DNA of 64,000 nucleotides. Origin: Eledone cirrhosa. Taxonomy: Eukaryota. The notes under the pieces are model-generated. The model was not told the DNA's origin. It did not search any database and saw only the letters and a list, made by a program, of their open reading frames with translations. The position numbers and the translations under genes were made by a program. Where the stretch lies: the NCBI GenBank assembly GCA_964016885.1, contig OZ024742.1:70494001-70558000 (forward strand), in the 5' to 3' direction. Numbering within the stretch: the first letter of the stretch is position 1; every line of letters starts with the position of its first letter. This document shows positions 39,529-53,200 of this stretch, piece by piece.

Positions 39529-39564
39529 CCCCAGTTGATGGATGTGAATCCGAAATATATAGGG
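39529..39564 (+). ncRNA. Degenerate hammerhead in PLE 3' UTR
   Basis: ccc-CAGTTGA-t-ggat gtga atcc-GAAA-TATATA-ggg; two core substitutions versus CTGATGA. Confidence 0.5.
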
Positions 39565-39792
39565 ACAATTAAATCTCTCCCAAGGTAACTCTCTCTCGTG
39601 TTGTTATTTTTATTTTATCCTTTATACTCTTTCCTTCATTCCTCTACACGTCTTATACACACCACGCATCTCAACGTACACCCACTTACATCTCTCTCTC
39701 CACCACCGGATCTTGTTACCCGGAGATTTACCCATTTGCATTGTCGAGGCTTCCAAACGACTTAAAGATATTTACCATATATATATATATAT

Positions 39793-39820
39793 TACACACA
39801 CAGAAATGTATATATATTTC

Positions 39821-39893
<73 letters not shown>

Positions 39894-40040
39894 CACACAC
39901 AGAAATGTATATATATTTCTGTATGTATATATATATATATTACACACAGAAATGTATATATATTTCTGTGTGTATATATATATATTTCTGTGTGTGTATA
40001 TATATATATATTACACACACAGAAATGTATATATATTTCT
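39793..40040. repeat. Tandem palindromic units separated by (TA)n
   Basis: TACACACACAGAAAT-GTATATAT-ATTTCTGTGTGTGTA, ~4 copies. Confidence 0.85.
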
Positions 40041-40164
40041 TAGAACAAAATTATTATTAATGTTTTGCTGTTCATAACAATTGGAATTGAAAAATTACTT
40101 TTGAAATTATTAGTTATTTTACTAATGCTTAGATATGTAAAAATGAAGCAATGTTTCTAATAAT

Positions 40165-40350
40165 TGTTTCTACTTTTGGCATAAGGCCAGCAATTACCAG
40201 TTCATTACTGGTACTTTATTTTATCGACCCCGTGAGGATGAAAGGCAAAGTTAACCTCGGCGGTATTTGAACTCAGACCGTAAAGGGACGTAACTCCATC
40301 CTATGAAGCATGGTGTCCGACTCTCTACAGATTCTGCCAATCCACTGCCC
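40165..40350 (-). mobile_element. Full-length SINE-A
   Basis: Minus strand GGCAGTGGATTGGCAGAATC head, GAGTTCAAATACC, core, AGAAACAATTATTA tail. Confidence 0.9.
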
Positions 40351-41118
40351 TAATGTCTGTACGTAATGAGGGAGTGAGAGGGGAGAGAAAGAAAGGCAGA
40401 GGTGAAGTGACGAAGTGACTCTCTCCTCCTCCTCCATCTCCCCATTCGTCACAGCGATAGAGGGGAGGAATGTTAGTGTGTTACAAAGAGAAAGAGTGAG
40501 AGTGAGAGAAACAGACAGACTAAAAGAGAGGGATAGCTGGAGAGAGAGATATATAGCAACCACGCGCGCACGTGTTTCCACTGTCGGACAGACAGACAGA
40601 GAAATTGCTGGTTATATATTATAAGGAGATTACACTCCAACATAAGCACATAACAACTCTCTCTCTCTGAATAAGACTTTTACTATAAAAGTTTTGTTCA
40701 GGGAGAGAGAGAACTGTTTAATGTTTCACTTTTACTATAAAAGTGAAACATAAATAGTTGTAAACAGTAAGTAATTTGAGAGTTCAATAACGAAGGTCAT
40801 TTCAATGAGATAAAATTTATTTTAGAATAAAACGTTTTGTAGGTAAACACTTAAAGAAACGAAGATAAAACAATAAATATTTATTTAACAAATGTTCCAG
40901 TACGATAAAATAGTGTCACCTTTTCGATATTTCCAGGCTTGTCTATGATTAAAACTAGCAGCTTCGAGGCTGAAGAAGACGGACGTTGACATCTTAATCA
41001 TACACGTTTTCCTCCAATATCTTGTGTGAAGATAGAAAGCGTATTGCAGCCTTCAACTGAACGAGAGCTTGTGTGTGTTTGTGTTTGTATGTGTGTGAGA
41101 GAGAGAAAGAGAGAGAAT

Positions 41119-41179
<61 letters not shown>

Positions 41180-41556
41180 GGAAACTAATGACTAATTATC
41201 TCTTCTATCACATCCAGTCTTTCTATATCTATCTTTAGTTCACTCTCTCATTCCCCCCTTCCACCCCGCCTCAGTAACCACCAGAACTCTATTGTAGTGT
41301 GGATGAAAGTAATTGTGTTACCTTTAACACCAGCAAAGTCTTCGGTCGTCTCTGGCATGAGAATATCGAAAATCTTTACAGCGTTCGCTGACTAGGTTTT
41401 TTCCGAGTCACACTCGATGAACTCTAGTGTACTTCAAAGTTTCGTTGACTTACGCTCTTCCTTCTGACAACACACCTACGTAAGTGATGCCACACATCAC
41501 ATCTCCCTAATCTTTCCACACTAATCTCATCCACATACAACCTGATGATGGATCTT

Positions 41557-41830
41557 CCATCGGTTTCGAAGATGATCAATTGAACGCCCGACTTGCAAAT
41601 TAACGTGTGAGTGGCTGAGCATTCCACAGATGCGTGCACCCTTAATATAATTCCACGGCGGATAAGACCATTAAATTAGATACACTTCATTTGACGGGCT
41701 TCCATGCAGTTTCCGTCTGCCCGATTTCACTTACAAGGCAAGGCTATAGTAAAGACACACGCAGTGGGTTCGAACCTGGAAGCTCGTCACGAATAGGTAA
41801 CGAACTTTTAAAATTATTCTGCCATTCCTG
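41557..41830 (-). mobile_element. SINE-D copy
   Basis: Minus strand GGTTCGAACCC B box; body shared with 43930-44255. Confidence 0.65.
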
Positions 41831-43184
41831 TGTCCAAACACATACCACATAAAATCCTCATGCTAGATATGCTCTGTTTGTATGAAAATAATCTCCGATA
41901 GAGACATGCCAATACAGTTTTTTCCAGCAGTACCAAAACATAACTTACACCTCACAATCTCTAGTCATAAAAGACACAACTAAAATTTCTAAAAACACAA
42001 CTACAATGCCTTGCAAGCTCTTAAAATGTATGGGCGAACTGGGCAGTTACTTGTGGGTCCACCAGATCTAAGAGGGCCCATGCTAATCTACGCATACTGT
42101 GGGTGTGTATGTAGGGATCCAGTGTATTGCTTTGTACGGGGTGGGGGATATCAAGTTTAGGGTCCCAATGCTAATCTATGTATACTGTGGTTGTGTACGT
42201 AGGGGCTTCAGTGCTTTTCATTGCACAGGGGCTCACGTGGTCTGGAGACCCAATGTTAATCCTTGTATGATGTGGTTGTTTATGTAGGATGTCCCAGTGT
42301 ATTACTTAGTCCAAGGGACTATAATACTGTTAAGACGGCCCTGTTCTGATAATTTCTCATAGCAACACCACATATTTAAAAATCCAAAAAATATATCACT
42401 TGGACTAAACTTCCTCTTCGAGGCCAGCAAATATAACGCCACTTATCAATTACTGACTCAAGACCCCTCGAAAGTAGACTACATCTAAATAAAGTACATC
42501 CGATTGATTGACAAAGACTTTCAAACCATAAACTCACAGACGTGTGGCTACCGTTGTAACAACAGCATCTGCTCCTCCTAACTTGCAGCCTGAATTATTG
42601 TGCTGCAGCACTCTCAAATCTCTTACCCATAGTATTCCTATATACGTGTGTGTGTGGTGTGTGTATGGTGTGGTGTGGTGTGGTGTGGTGTGGTGTGGTG
42701 TGGTGTGTGTGTGTGTGTGTGTGTGTGTGGTGTGGTGCGTGTGTGTGTGTGTAAAACATTCTTCAGTAATTCAAACAGAACATCAGCCACATTGATCTCA
42801 CTACAAACGTCCTGAACACTGATTTCCCACCTCCACCTCCTCTTCTCTTCTTCTTCCTCATCCCCCAACTCAACCAACATTATCATCATCATCATCATTA
42901 CCATCTATCCATTCTCATTATCTTCGTTCTATTTTTTCAGACTAATTAATAAAATATTTAAACACCAAGTAGTAACAACGGATAAAAACAATTTTCGTGG
43001 AAATTCTCCGTAATATTTACATTTACTGAATTTCTGTTCACATTTTCGAAACAAATTCCATCATGGAATGTCTTTATAGATTATTGATTTTACAGTAGAT
43101 AAAAAGTAATAAGACCTATATGCTTTGTAAGATTATAAATTATCTGACTATTGATCTCATTTACACTATTTATATCTGTGTATT

Positions 43185-43345
43185 GGTGGCGAATTGGCAG
43201 AATCGTTAGAACGTCGGATATAATGCTTTATGAAATTCGTTCCGGTTCTCTGTTCTCAGAGTTCAAATCCCGCCGAGATCAACTTTGCCTTTCATCCTTT
43301 CAAGGTCAATAAAAAAAAGGTTCCAGTCTAGTACTGGGGTCGATT
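43185..43345 (+). mobile_element. SINE-A with complete head
   Basis: A box TGGCAGAATCG, B box GAGTTCAAATCC, core. Confidence 0.85.
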
Positions 43346-44737
43346 CTTCCTCTATATCTCTTTCTCATTTTCTATTTTTCTCTGGAAGAAATCTGCTGTA
43401 CTCAGACCTGGAGAGGGATGGGATCCTCCAGGATTAAAATGTCCAAGGAACGTCGTATGTCAATACGGTGGTGCTACGACCATATCAAGAGTTACAGGAC
43501 CGTCCACCGGTAAGTCCATCCATCCATACCTATCTATGTACGTGGTTTCTCTCGGGATTCAAACTAGCAACCTTTATTTTTTGTCTAAATGTGGCAATGC
43601 CCTTCTCTACTAAAGCAAGGCTCCGTAAATTCTTCTGCGCATCGCCAAGAGATGAGGAGGGTACTTGACGGCGCTTCTTCCCCTACTATTTGATGGTGCA
43701 CCTTCAGATTTAAAAAAAACGCCCTGAAATACGTTCCTTGTGAAAGAGTGCCCTCCCTGAATGTCTGAAACACATTCCCTCCCCATCCTTCCTCCATTTC
43801 TCACCGAACACCATCCCTAGCGGCGAGTCTGCCGGAAAGGCAAATACAAAATGCAGTTATGACTAAAAATTTTTTTTTTTTTTTTTGTCACTTCATCTTT
43901 TCTCAGAATCGATATTAACTATGGAATGAGCTTCTATCGATTTCGGCGATGAATGTTCCAGTTGTTCGATCAATAGAACATCCAGCTCGTGAAATCAAAG
44001 TGTAAGTGGCGAGAAATTCCACAGACACGGGTACTCTTATCTTCAGGAAAATTCAGCGTGATGCAATGTGTGACAAGGCGGGCTTTTTGAATTACAGGCA
44101 TAGTCTAGCCGACGGACCCCTAAACAGTTTCCACCTCCCCAATTTCACTCACAAAGTATGGGTCGCCCCGAGGTTATGGTAAATGAGACGCAGTAGGATC
44201 GAATCCGGGCTCTGATAATTGTGAAACGAACTTCTTAACTATTCGGCCATGCTGTGTCCAACATGTAAACTATATAGGTTTGTAATTTGGGCATAAGGCC
44301 TGCAATTTGAGGGTACTTATTTTATCAATCCCGGAATGATGAAAGATAAAGTTGACCTCTGTGGAATTTGAACACTGTACAAGGCATTCTTTAAATTATC
44401 AACCAGATATTCGATTCTAACGAACCTAGTACTTAACTCGTACTTTTTTGGAAAGCAGAATATAGAAAGTCGTAGGTAAATGCTGCAAATCATTTCGTTC
44501 GACGCTCTACCGATTCTGCCAATCGACTGCCCTCAACACATAAACTATGATATATTGCGACTGATAGAGACATCGTTAATCTCCGCTGCTCCATTCATTA
44601 AGGAAAGAGAAAACGTTTACTGTTGAAAATTTCGCACACGGGAAAACCTTAAGTTTTTTTTTTGTTTGTACTAAATGAAGTAATCTAGCTTTTCTATTTT
44701 TTTGTCATTTACTATTATTATTATATGCTTTACGATC

Positions 44738-44849
44738 TGAGTTCAAATCCCGCCGAGGTTGACTTTGCCTTTCATCCTTACTGGGTCGATAAAATAAAGT
44801 ACCGGTAATGCACTGGGTTATTGCTGGCCTTGTGCCTAAAGTAGAAACA
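44738..44849 (+). mobile_element. SINE-A at the left edge of the Tx1 array
   Basis: B box, core, tail GGCCTTGTGCCTAAAGTAGAAACA-ATTATTA. Confidence 0.9.
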
Positions 44850-44867
44850 ATTATTATATGCTAAGCA

Positions 44868-44909
44868 ATGTTTTTCTTCATGTTAGCCCTTGTGGCCAAT
44901 AAAGAAACC
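44868..44909 (+). mobile_element. 42-bp Tx1-like LINE 3' tip with 18-bp TSD
   Basis: Matches LINE end at 53809-53850; flanked by ATTATTATATGCTAAGCA at 44850-44867 and 44910-44927. Confidence 0.9.
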
Positions 44910-44927
44910 ATTATTATATGCTAAGCA

Positions 44928-47900
44928 GAAGCACGAGCCTTCGCACCGATCTTCGGCGGCTACGATGTATACGCCTCTCCCAGCCGTCCTGGATCGGGGG
45001 GAGGAGTTGCTGTGCTTTTTCAGAGAGGCTTGGATCTCGCCATACGGGCCATCTTTCTGGACCCAGAAGGTAAGTTGGTGGTGCTGGACGTGACCAGCGG
45101 AGACGGGAAAGCTTTCAGGCAGGAGCAGGATGGCCTGATTTCTTCCGGCGTCTGGAGACCTTTCTTGGAACGTCCCGCTCTTTAGTGTTAGTGGGCGACT
45201 GGAACGGGATCTTAGATGCACGCTGGGACTGTGTGGCGTTAGCGGATAGGGGCGGAGGGTGTAAAAGCCTCGCAAACCTGCTCAGACGGTTTCAACTGTC
45301 TGACAGGTACCATCTGGATTTCCCGAATGTGCCAATGTGGACATGGACAAACCGCATCGGGTCATCCAGATCATATCTAGATAGGGTATTTTGTAGGGAA
45401 ATAGATAGGTCTAGCATAGGCTGTCCGCATTTCAAAATAGTCGACTACACAGACCACAAATTCGTGATCTGTGAGGTTGACTTATATAGGCTTCATAGAC
45501 AGGGACCTGGCTACTGGAAGCTAAACGCGTCTTTAACAGCGCGCAAGGCCTACAGAGACCGGATTAGCGAACTAGTTAAACGGGTGTTGACGGGGGCCAT
45601 CGTCAACAACAAATGGTGGTTTGCTCTGAAAAGAGCGATTAGAATAGAGTCCATTAGGTTTAGTAAGGCTTTAGCAATAGAGAAAAATAGAGTAGAGGGA
45701 GAAATAGTTAGAAAATTAGACAAGGCTCTTAGTAAAGGCATCGCGACCGACGTACTTGCAGCGGAATTGGCCCTTGACCAATTCTTCAATGCAAAGCACG
45801 AAGGCTGCATTGTCAGAACTAGGGCGCGTGCTCTCAGACACGAGGGGACGAAAGCCGTTCAATGGGCCCGAGTGGCGGAGCCGCGTCGTCGCAACAAAGC
45901 CTCGATCCGGTCTTTGGTGGACCACGACGGGCGCACGCTACTCGATCCCGGGCAAATGTGTGAAGCTTTTCAGCGACACTGCGCTCAGCTGTTCGGGGGC
46001 AACGGCGGGCCGGATCGAAGGATGGACTTTAGTGCCTACCTCGACGTACTGCCGCGGCTCACGGCCACTGAGGCGGAGTGTTGCGAAAAGCCGATAACAG
46101 CCGCTGAGGTACGGGAGGCAATGACTGGCTGCACAAGGGTTAAATCGCCTGGTTTGGATGGTCTGCCCTACGAACTTTATGTACACATGCCAGACTTGTT
46201 CGGAGGCCTCTTGGCGGACGTCTACTGCAACTGGCAACAGAACGAGAAAATTCCCAGTTCTGTGAGCCGAGGAGCGGTGGCGCTGCTGAGAAAGGATCCG
46301 AACAAGGGGAATAACATAGATCATTTCAGGCCCATAACTCAAGATTTTGGCCAAGGTGCTAGCAAAGAGGTTGGCGCTTGTCGCTGGTGGTCTGGTGGGA
46401 GAGGCGCAGACATGCGCCATTCCAGACAGATCCATCCACGACAACCTCCACCTCATGCTATACATCGTGGAGAGGGTAGCTAGGGAACTTGGCACGAGTG
46501 GGTCATTAATCAATTTAGATCAGTCGAAAGCTTTCGATAGGGTTGGCCATCGTTATCTGGCGGCAGTCCTGAGGGCGGCTGGCTTTGGGCCCGTCTTCAG
46601 AGGCTAGGGATCTGGTTCGGTCCGGACCTCCAGGCGGACAAAAATTGGGACGAGGTGACGAGCAGGGTGGCTTCTCTCACCCAGAAATGGGCCGAGAGGA
46701 AGCTATCCCTGAAAAGTCGAACGGAGGTGGCGAATACGTACATCGCGTCCGTCATCTACTACCGCCTGACCGTTGTGCCTTGTCCTAAGCCTCGCCTGAC
46801 TGCGCTAGAGCGTTTGCTCTTTCTCTTTTTGTGGAAGGGACGCGCTTCGATGGTCAGGCGGTCCATCTGCTGTCAACACCCGCTACGTGGAGGGCTGGGA
46901 ATGCCGTGGTTGATGATGTGCAGACACGCGCTCAGGATACGATATCCCCACCTCTTCCTCGACGGTGATCAGGAGTGGGCGCCGTTTGCTAGACGCGTTT
47001 TTCTCCAGCTCGTCTCCTTGACGGAGCTGCAATCCTGGGTCAAGCGAAGACCGAGAGGGAGCGCTTGGAGACTGGAGTGTCTTCAGACGCTCACAGCCCT
47101 CGACCAGTCGGGTAATGTGATTGGTGGAAACTCCACCTTGGCGTTCTATAGAGGATTAGTGGAGGGGAAGAGCGACGACGTACTTGGGGAAACTCTAGGC
47201 ATCAACGAAAATCTACTAGCCAATCTCTTCGGAAGGACTTTCGGGCCGGGGCCTATGGACAACTTCCAGAAATCCCTGGCCTGGCAGTGCTACCGATGAG
47301 CTTTGCCAGTTCGGGATAAACTCTACAGGCATGGAAGTGCCGTCAGCCGGGCATGTCCGAGATGCGCGCAGGGCGACGAAACCGTCCTGCACGCGTTCGT
47401 CCATTGTCCGAGCATTGCTGACTCGTGGGTTCATGTCGAACACCTGCTGTCGCGTGTAGGACGGATCCAGCTATTAGCTGAGTCCATCGTGAGGATTACC
47501 CCGCCCTCTTCCTTTAGCCGGGAAAGGCAGGCAGATTTTATCTGTCTGGTGGCCATGGCGAAAGAGATAGTATGGTGGACACGTTTGAAAGGACTGAAGA
47601 CGAGCACTTACCTGTTCGGTGATGCCCTGATTAACTTTTTCAAATTTCATTTGAAAAGGAAAATCAGGGTAGAGAGGGAAGTGCTCTCTTCCCAGCATTT
47701 TGTTGAAAGATGGGTGAGAGAGGCAAGAATGGTCCGAGTGAATGGGCCTACTCTGAGTATGTGCCTGTAAATTGAAGGTGGAAAACTGGGAGAGGGCACT
47801 TGCCCTGGTGGTCAGGGTCACCGTGGCTTTTTAAATGGGCTGTCTCCACGAATGTTCCTCGGAAGTCCCCCCCCCCCCTATTGGGGAATTTTTCATTGTT

Positions 47901-48033
47901 CTTTTTTTTTTTTTACATCCTCTGTTTTTTGTTTTTTTTACACGCAGAAATGCCCATTTGTACCGTCCTGTATTGTCCTGTACTGTCCTTAATGTCTTAC
48001 TTTGTGTAAACCCTTGTGGTTAATAAAGAAAGC
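44928..48033 (+). mobile_element. L1/Tx1-clade LINE copy 1 (5'-truncated, RT core deleted near 46607)
   Basis: APE motifs GDWN, SYLDR, TDHK, GYWKLN; RT KSPGLDG, DQSKAFDRV; GGLG; C-terminal CPRC..ETVLHAFVHC. Confidence 0.95.
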
Positions 48034-48250
48034 ATTACTATTGGTCCAATCGGATGTCTTTTGCTCGCTCCCAGTAAGTCGCTTTATTTGCCTGTTAAAA
48101 TTATTTGCTGTTAAATATTTCCTGTTGTGTAAGGGATATAAGCCCTTAGACTTTGCCCTGTGAAGGGGAAAGTATAATATTTGAGCCAAAAGGCCCAAAT
48201 ATACTTTTATTTGAACATTTTACTTTTAAAAAAATTATTTTAAAAAAAAC

Positions 48251-50181
48251 ATGGCTGAACCACGTCCCCAGCAATATGTCTGCTATCGTGTGACAGCGGC
48301 GTAAAAGTTGAGAGGAGGGTTAGTGAAATTGATACAACAGACACCACCACAAACAACGTGAACAAAGACAGCAACACTGAGAACACTAATTTTGAAAAAA
48401 TTACCACACCAACTACAACAATAACAGCGCCAACCAAAATACAGACAACAGAAAAAAATGACAACGAATGCAACAATATTAACACCACTAACAAGAAAAT
48501 AAACAATGACAATACCAACAGCAACAATACAAATTGCACCAAAAACAACAACAACGGTGGCACCAGAAACACAACCAACTACAACAGTGATAAGAGCAAC
48601 AGTACCAACAGCAAGACCAGTAGCAGCAGTAGCGGCAGCAGTAATTGTACCGCTGAAAAAGGGGCCACTTCTTTCGCAGGTGTGGGCCGAAATGTAGAGA
48701 CAGTGCTAGTCACAGAGGAGGAGATGGCAGTCGCAAGAGCCATGGTGTCGAAAAGAGACAATAGGGTTTCCTTGAAACCTCCACCCGTATTCTTCAAAGA
48801 CTAGCAGCTGCGCACGGTGACTTACCGCACCGTAAGCAAAATGTCACATCGGGTGGAGAGAGCCACGGAAGCTCAAATCCCAAAGGCCTTGGGGTGCGTC
48901 TGGGCGCGCAAAACCCACATCGCCCGAGGCAAAAAGTACGCCACAGTAGACGTACTTTTCGCCACCCCACAAGAGGCGAAGTCTCACTCTTTGGAAACCC
49001 TAAAGAGTGAGGAGATAGTCTTGGTGCCCTCCTACTGCGGGCAGAAAATTGTGAGGATCAAAGTGACCCAGGTCCCGCCCGACGTGCCCATACCTTCGCT
49101 GGCCGCGTCTGTACTGGCTGGAATCGAGGAGAAGACCACCATACTACAAATACAGAGAATGGGAAGAGAGAACTGATCAGGAGTGCATCGAGGCCATCCC
49201 AGACATCATAGACCTCGAAGAAGGACTCCAACTCCCTATAAGCGTGGAAGGAAGGCGCCCAAAGGGCTATCTCTGTGGGCATAAGGGTCACCTCAGGGCT
49301 TTTTGCCCGCAGAAGACAGCCAAGAAGAGGCCCCCGCCCTCCTTCCGATGCCTGATCCGCTGCTACCAAGAGCAGGGCAGGCAACAGAGTCAGAAGACCC
49401 TTCCATGGTGAGTAGGAGGGCAACGTCCGTGGCACCCATACCAAGGCCACGGACAACTAAAGCAGCGGCAGCAGAGGCGGCAACACAACAGTCGCAGTAG
49501 CTACAGCGGCGGCAAAATCGCCGGAGAGGGCTCCACTACCACCACCAACAGCAGTGGAGCGCATACCCCTCCCAGACGCCATGGAATCTGACATGGAGTG
49601 TGAGGCGGGAGGGAAGTGGCAAACGGTCTGCCAGAAAAAAACAAAAAAGGAAAAACCCCTTAGCTTCACCCTCCAAAAGCGAAGGCAGACAAAGAGGAGT
49701 AAAGGCTGCAAGGAGACTTGCAGCAACACCACCACCATCACCATCACCACCACAAGCATCACCACCAACAACAACCATACCACCACCAGCATCACCAAAA
49801 ACACCAACATCGCAAAGACAACAAAACACACCCACCCAACAACAACAAGAAAACAGCAACAAAATCACCCCTCCCCCAAAAAAGTACACACCCATAAACA
49901 TGGCAAATAAAGAACTCTTACAACATATAAAGCAACACGCAGACATCACAGAAAAGAACTACTACACCCCACCAACACCAAGAACTCTCCCGCCAAACAT
50001 AAACATCATTGAAATCAAAATAGAACATTACAAACTTTTAAAACAAAAATTCCCCAACGCAGTTGGAGACTTCAGAGGGTCGGTTACCAAGAGGATATAC
50101 ACCGACATCCTCTTGGAAACACCCATGACCAGCCAAAGGGACGGTTCTACTGTCCCTTCACCACACGATCAAGGTAAGTGA
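48251..50181 (+). pseudogene. LINE ORF1 (disrupted)
   Basis: Overlapping ORFs directly upstream of ORF2; low-complexity T/N and P/Q regions flanking a globular segment homologous to 38087-38850. Confidence 0.75.
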
Positions 50182-50213
50182 TCCTTTCTCACTAACCCCG
50201 TTTCTCATCCAAC

Positions 50214-53200
50214 ATGGCCGTACTTAGAATAGGAAGTATAAATGTACGTGGCCTGGAGTCATCTTGGACAACGACCTCAGGTCACTAAACATAGATGTAG
50301 TAGCCATCAGCGAGACCAGAATCTTCGAAACACGAGCCTTCGCACCGATCTTCGGCGGCTACGATGTATACGCATCTCCCAGCCGTCCAGGATCGGGGGG
50401 AGGGGTTGCCGTGCTTTTTCGGAGAGGCTTGAATTTCGCCATACGGGACATCTTCCTGGACCCAGAATGTAAGTCGGTGGTGCTGGACGTGACCGGCAGC
50501 AAAGGCAATGCTTTCAGGCTAGTAGCCGTCTACGTCCCAACAGGGGCAGGACGGCCAGATTTCTTCAGACATCTAGAGACCTTTCTTGAAACGTCCCGCT
50601 CTTTAGTGTTAGTGGGCGACTGGAACGGTATCTTAGATGTACGCTGGGATTATGTGGGGCTAGTAGACAGGGAAGGGGGGTGTAAAAGCATCAACAACCT
50701 GATCAGATGTTTTGTACTGTCTGACCGGTATAGACTGGATTATCCGAATGTGCCAATGTTGACATTGGCAAACCGCATCGGGTAATCCAGATCGTATTTA
50801 GATAGGGTATTCTGTAGGGAAACAGATGAGGCTAGTGTAGGTTGTCCACAATTTAAAGTAGTCGACTACACGGACCACAAATTTGTGATCTTTGAAGTTG
50901 ACTTAGATAGACTCCATAGGCTAGGGCCCGGTTACTGGAAGCTGAACGCGTCGTTCCCGGCGCGCAAAGCTTACAGAGACCGGATTAGCGAATTAGTTAA
51001 GTGTGCGTTGACGGGTGCGATCGTCAACAACGGGTGGTGGTTTACCCTGAAAAGGGCTATTAGAGTAGAATCGATAAGGTTTAGCAAAGGAGTAGTGATA
51101 GAGGAAAATAGAGTAGAGAGTTAGTTAGAAAGTTAGAAGAGGCGTTTAGGACAGTCATCGCGCTTGCGGCAAGATTGGCACTCGACCAATTCTTCCACGC
51201 AAAGCATGAAGGCTGCGTTGTCAGGGCTAGAGCGCGTGCTCTAAGACACGAGGGGACGAAAGTCGTTCAATGGGCCCGGGTGGTGGAGGTGCGACGTGGG
51301 AAAGTCCACAATTCGGTCTTTGCCTGACCAAAACGGGCGCATGTTGCTCGAACCCGAGCAGTTATGTGCGGCTTTTCAACAGCACTCTGCTCAATTGTTC
51401 GGGAGCGGCGGCAGGTCGGATCGGAGTATGGACTTCGGTGCATACCTCGACGGACTGCCGCGGCTCCCGACGACCGCAGCGTAGTGCTGCGAAAATCCTA
51501 TAACAGCAGGTGAAATACGGGAAGCGATGTCTGACTGCACGAGGGGTAAATCGCCAGGTTTGGATGGTCTGCCCTACGAGCTTTATGCGTATATGCCAGA
51601 CTTGTTCGGCGACCTCTTTGCAGATGTCTACTACAACTAGCAGCAGAACGGAAGCATTTCCAGTTTTGTGAGCCGCGGAGCGGTGGTGCTGCTGAGAAAA
51701 GACCCGAACAAGGGGGACGTTATAGACAACTTCAGGCCCATAACTCTGCTAAACGCAGAGTTTCAGATTTTGGCCAAGATGTTAGCAAAGAGATTGGCGC
51801 ATGTCGTCGGTGATCTGGTGGGAGAGGCGCAGACATGCGCCATTCCGGACAGATCCATCCACGACAACCTCCATCTCATGCGATACATCATAGAGAGGGT
51901 GGTTAAGGAACCTGGCACGGGTGGGGCCCTGATCAACTTGGATCAATCTAAAGCATTTGATAGATTCGACTATCGGTACCTGGCTGCGGTCCTCGAGGCG
52001 GCCGGCTTCGGGCCCGTTTTTAGGGGCTGGGTCGCTGCGATGCACAGCGAGACCTGCTCGATTGTGAGGGTGAATGGTCACCTGTCACAGCCTTTCAGCA
52101 TCATGCGCTCTGTCCGCCAGGTTTGCCCCCTCTTGTCCCTCTTGTACGTACTGGCACTCAACCCGTTACTGCACAAATTGGAGACGATGAGGGGGTTCCA
52201 CGCGAACTGGGATGCGGGAGATCCGTGTCAGCTTACGCCGACGACGTCACCGTGGTGGTGTCGAGCACCAAACACGACCAGATGCTCGGCACCGCTCTCA
52301 AGGAATACGAAGCGGTGACAGGAGCAAAGATAAACCAGGAAAAGTCGGTGGGCTTGCAACTCGGCACCTGGAGAGGCAAGTCCATGCCGTCCGACAGCGT
52401 CGTAGGGAGCTGGACGGAAGGACCGGTTAAATTGCTCGGGGTCTGGTTCGGTCCGGACCTCCAGATAGAGAAAAACTGGAGCGAGGTGACGAGCAGGGTG
52501 GCCTCTCTCACCCAGAAATGGGCCGAGAAGAGGCTGTCTCTGAAAGGTCGGGTGGAGGTGGCGAATGCGTACACCGCGTCCGTCATTTGCTACCGCCTGA
52601 CCATCGTACCTTGCCCCCCGCCCAACTCTGACCAAAATGGAGCGCCTTCTCTTCCGCTTTTTGTGGAAGGGACGTGCTCCCATGGTCAGACGATCCATTT
52701 GCTGTCAACACCCGTTGCGTGGAGGACTAGGCACACCGTGGATGATGATGCGCAAACATGCGCTGAGGCTGCGACATATCTGGTGCCTCCTTGACGGTGA
52801 ACAGGTGTGGTCGCCGTTTGCCAGATGCGCTTTTCCCCAGCTCGTCTCCTTGACGGAGCTGCAGGAAAAGACCGAGGGATAGCGTTTGGAAGCTGGAATG
52901 TATCCAAGCGCTCACCTCCCTCTACCAGCTGGGCACTACTATCGGTGGAATATCCACCTCGGCGTTCTATAGAGGGCTAGTGGAGGGAAAGAGCGACGAC
53001 GTTGTCGGGGAGACCCTGGGCGTCAAAGACGATCAGCTGTTTGCTCTCTTCAAGAGAACTTTCAGACCGGGGCTTATGGACAACGTCCAGAAATCCCTGG
53101 CCTGGCAGTGCTACCGGGGACCGTTGCCGGTTCGGGATGAGCTCTACAGGCACGGAGGTGCTGTCAGCCGAGCCTGTCCGAGATGCGCGCAGCCGAGCCT

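Noticed and set aside
42015-42343. DNA transposon with CAGGGCCGTCTTAAC TIR and internal repeats
   Set aside because: Only the right end is clear; left TIR and TSD are not identifiable.
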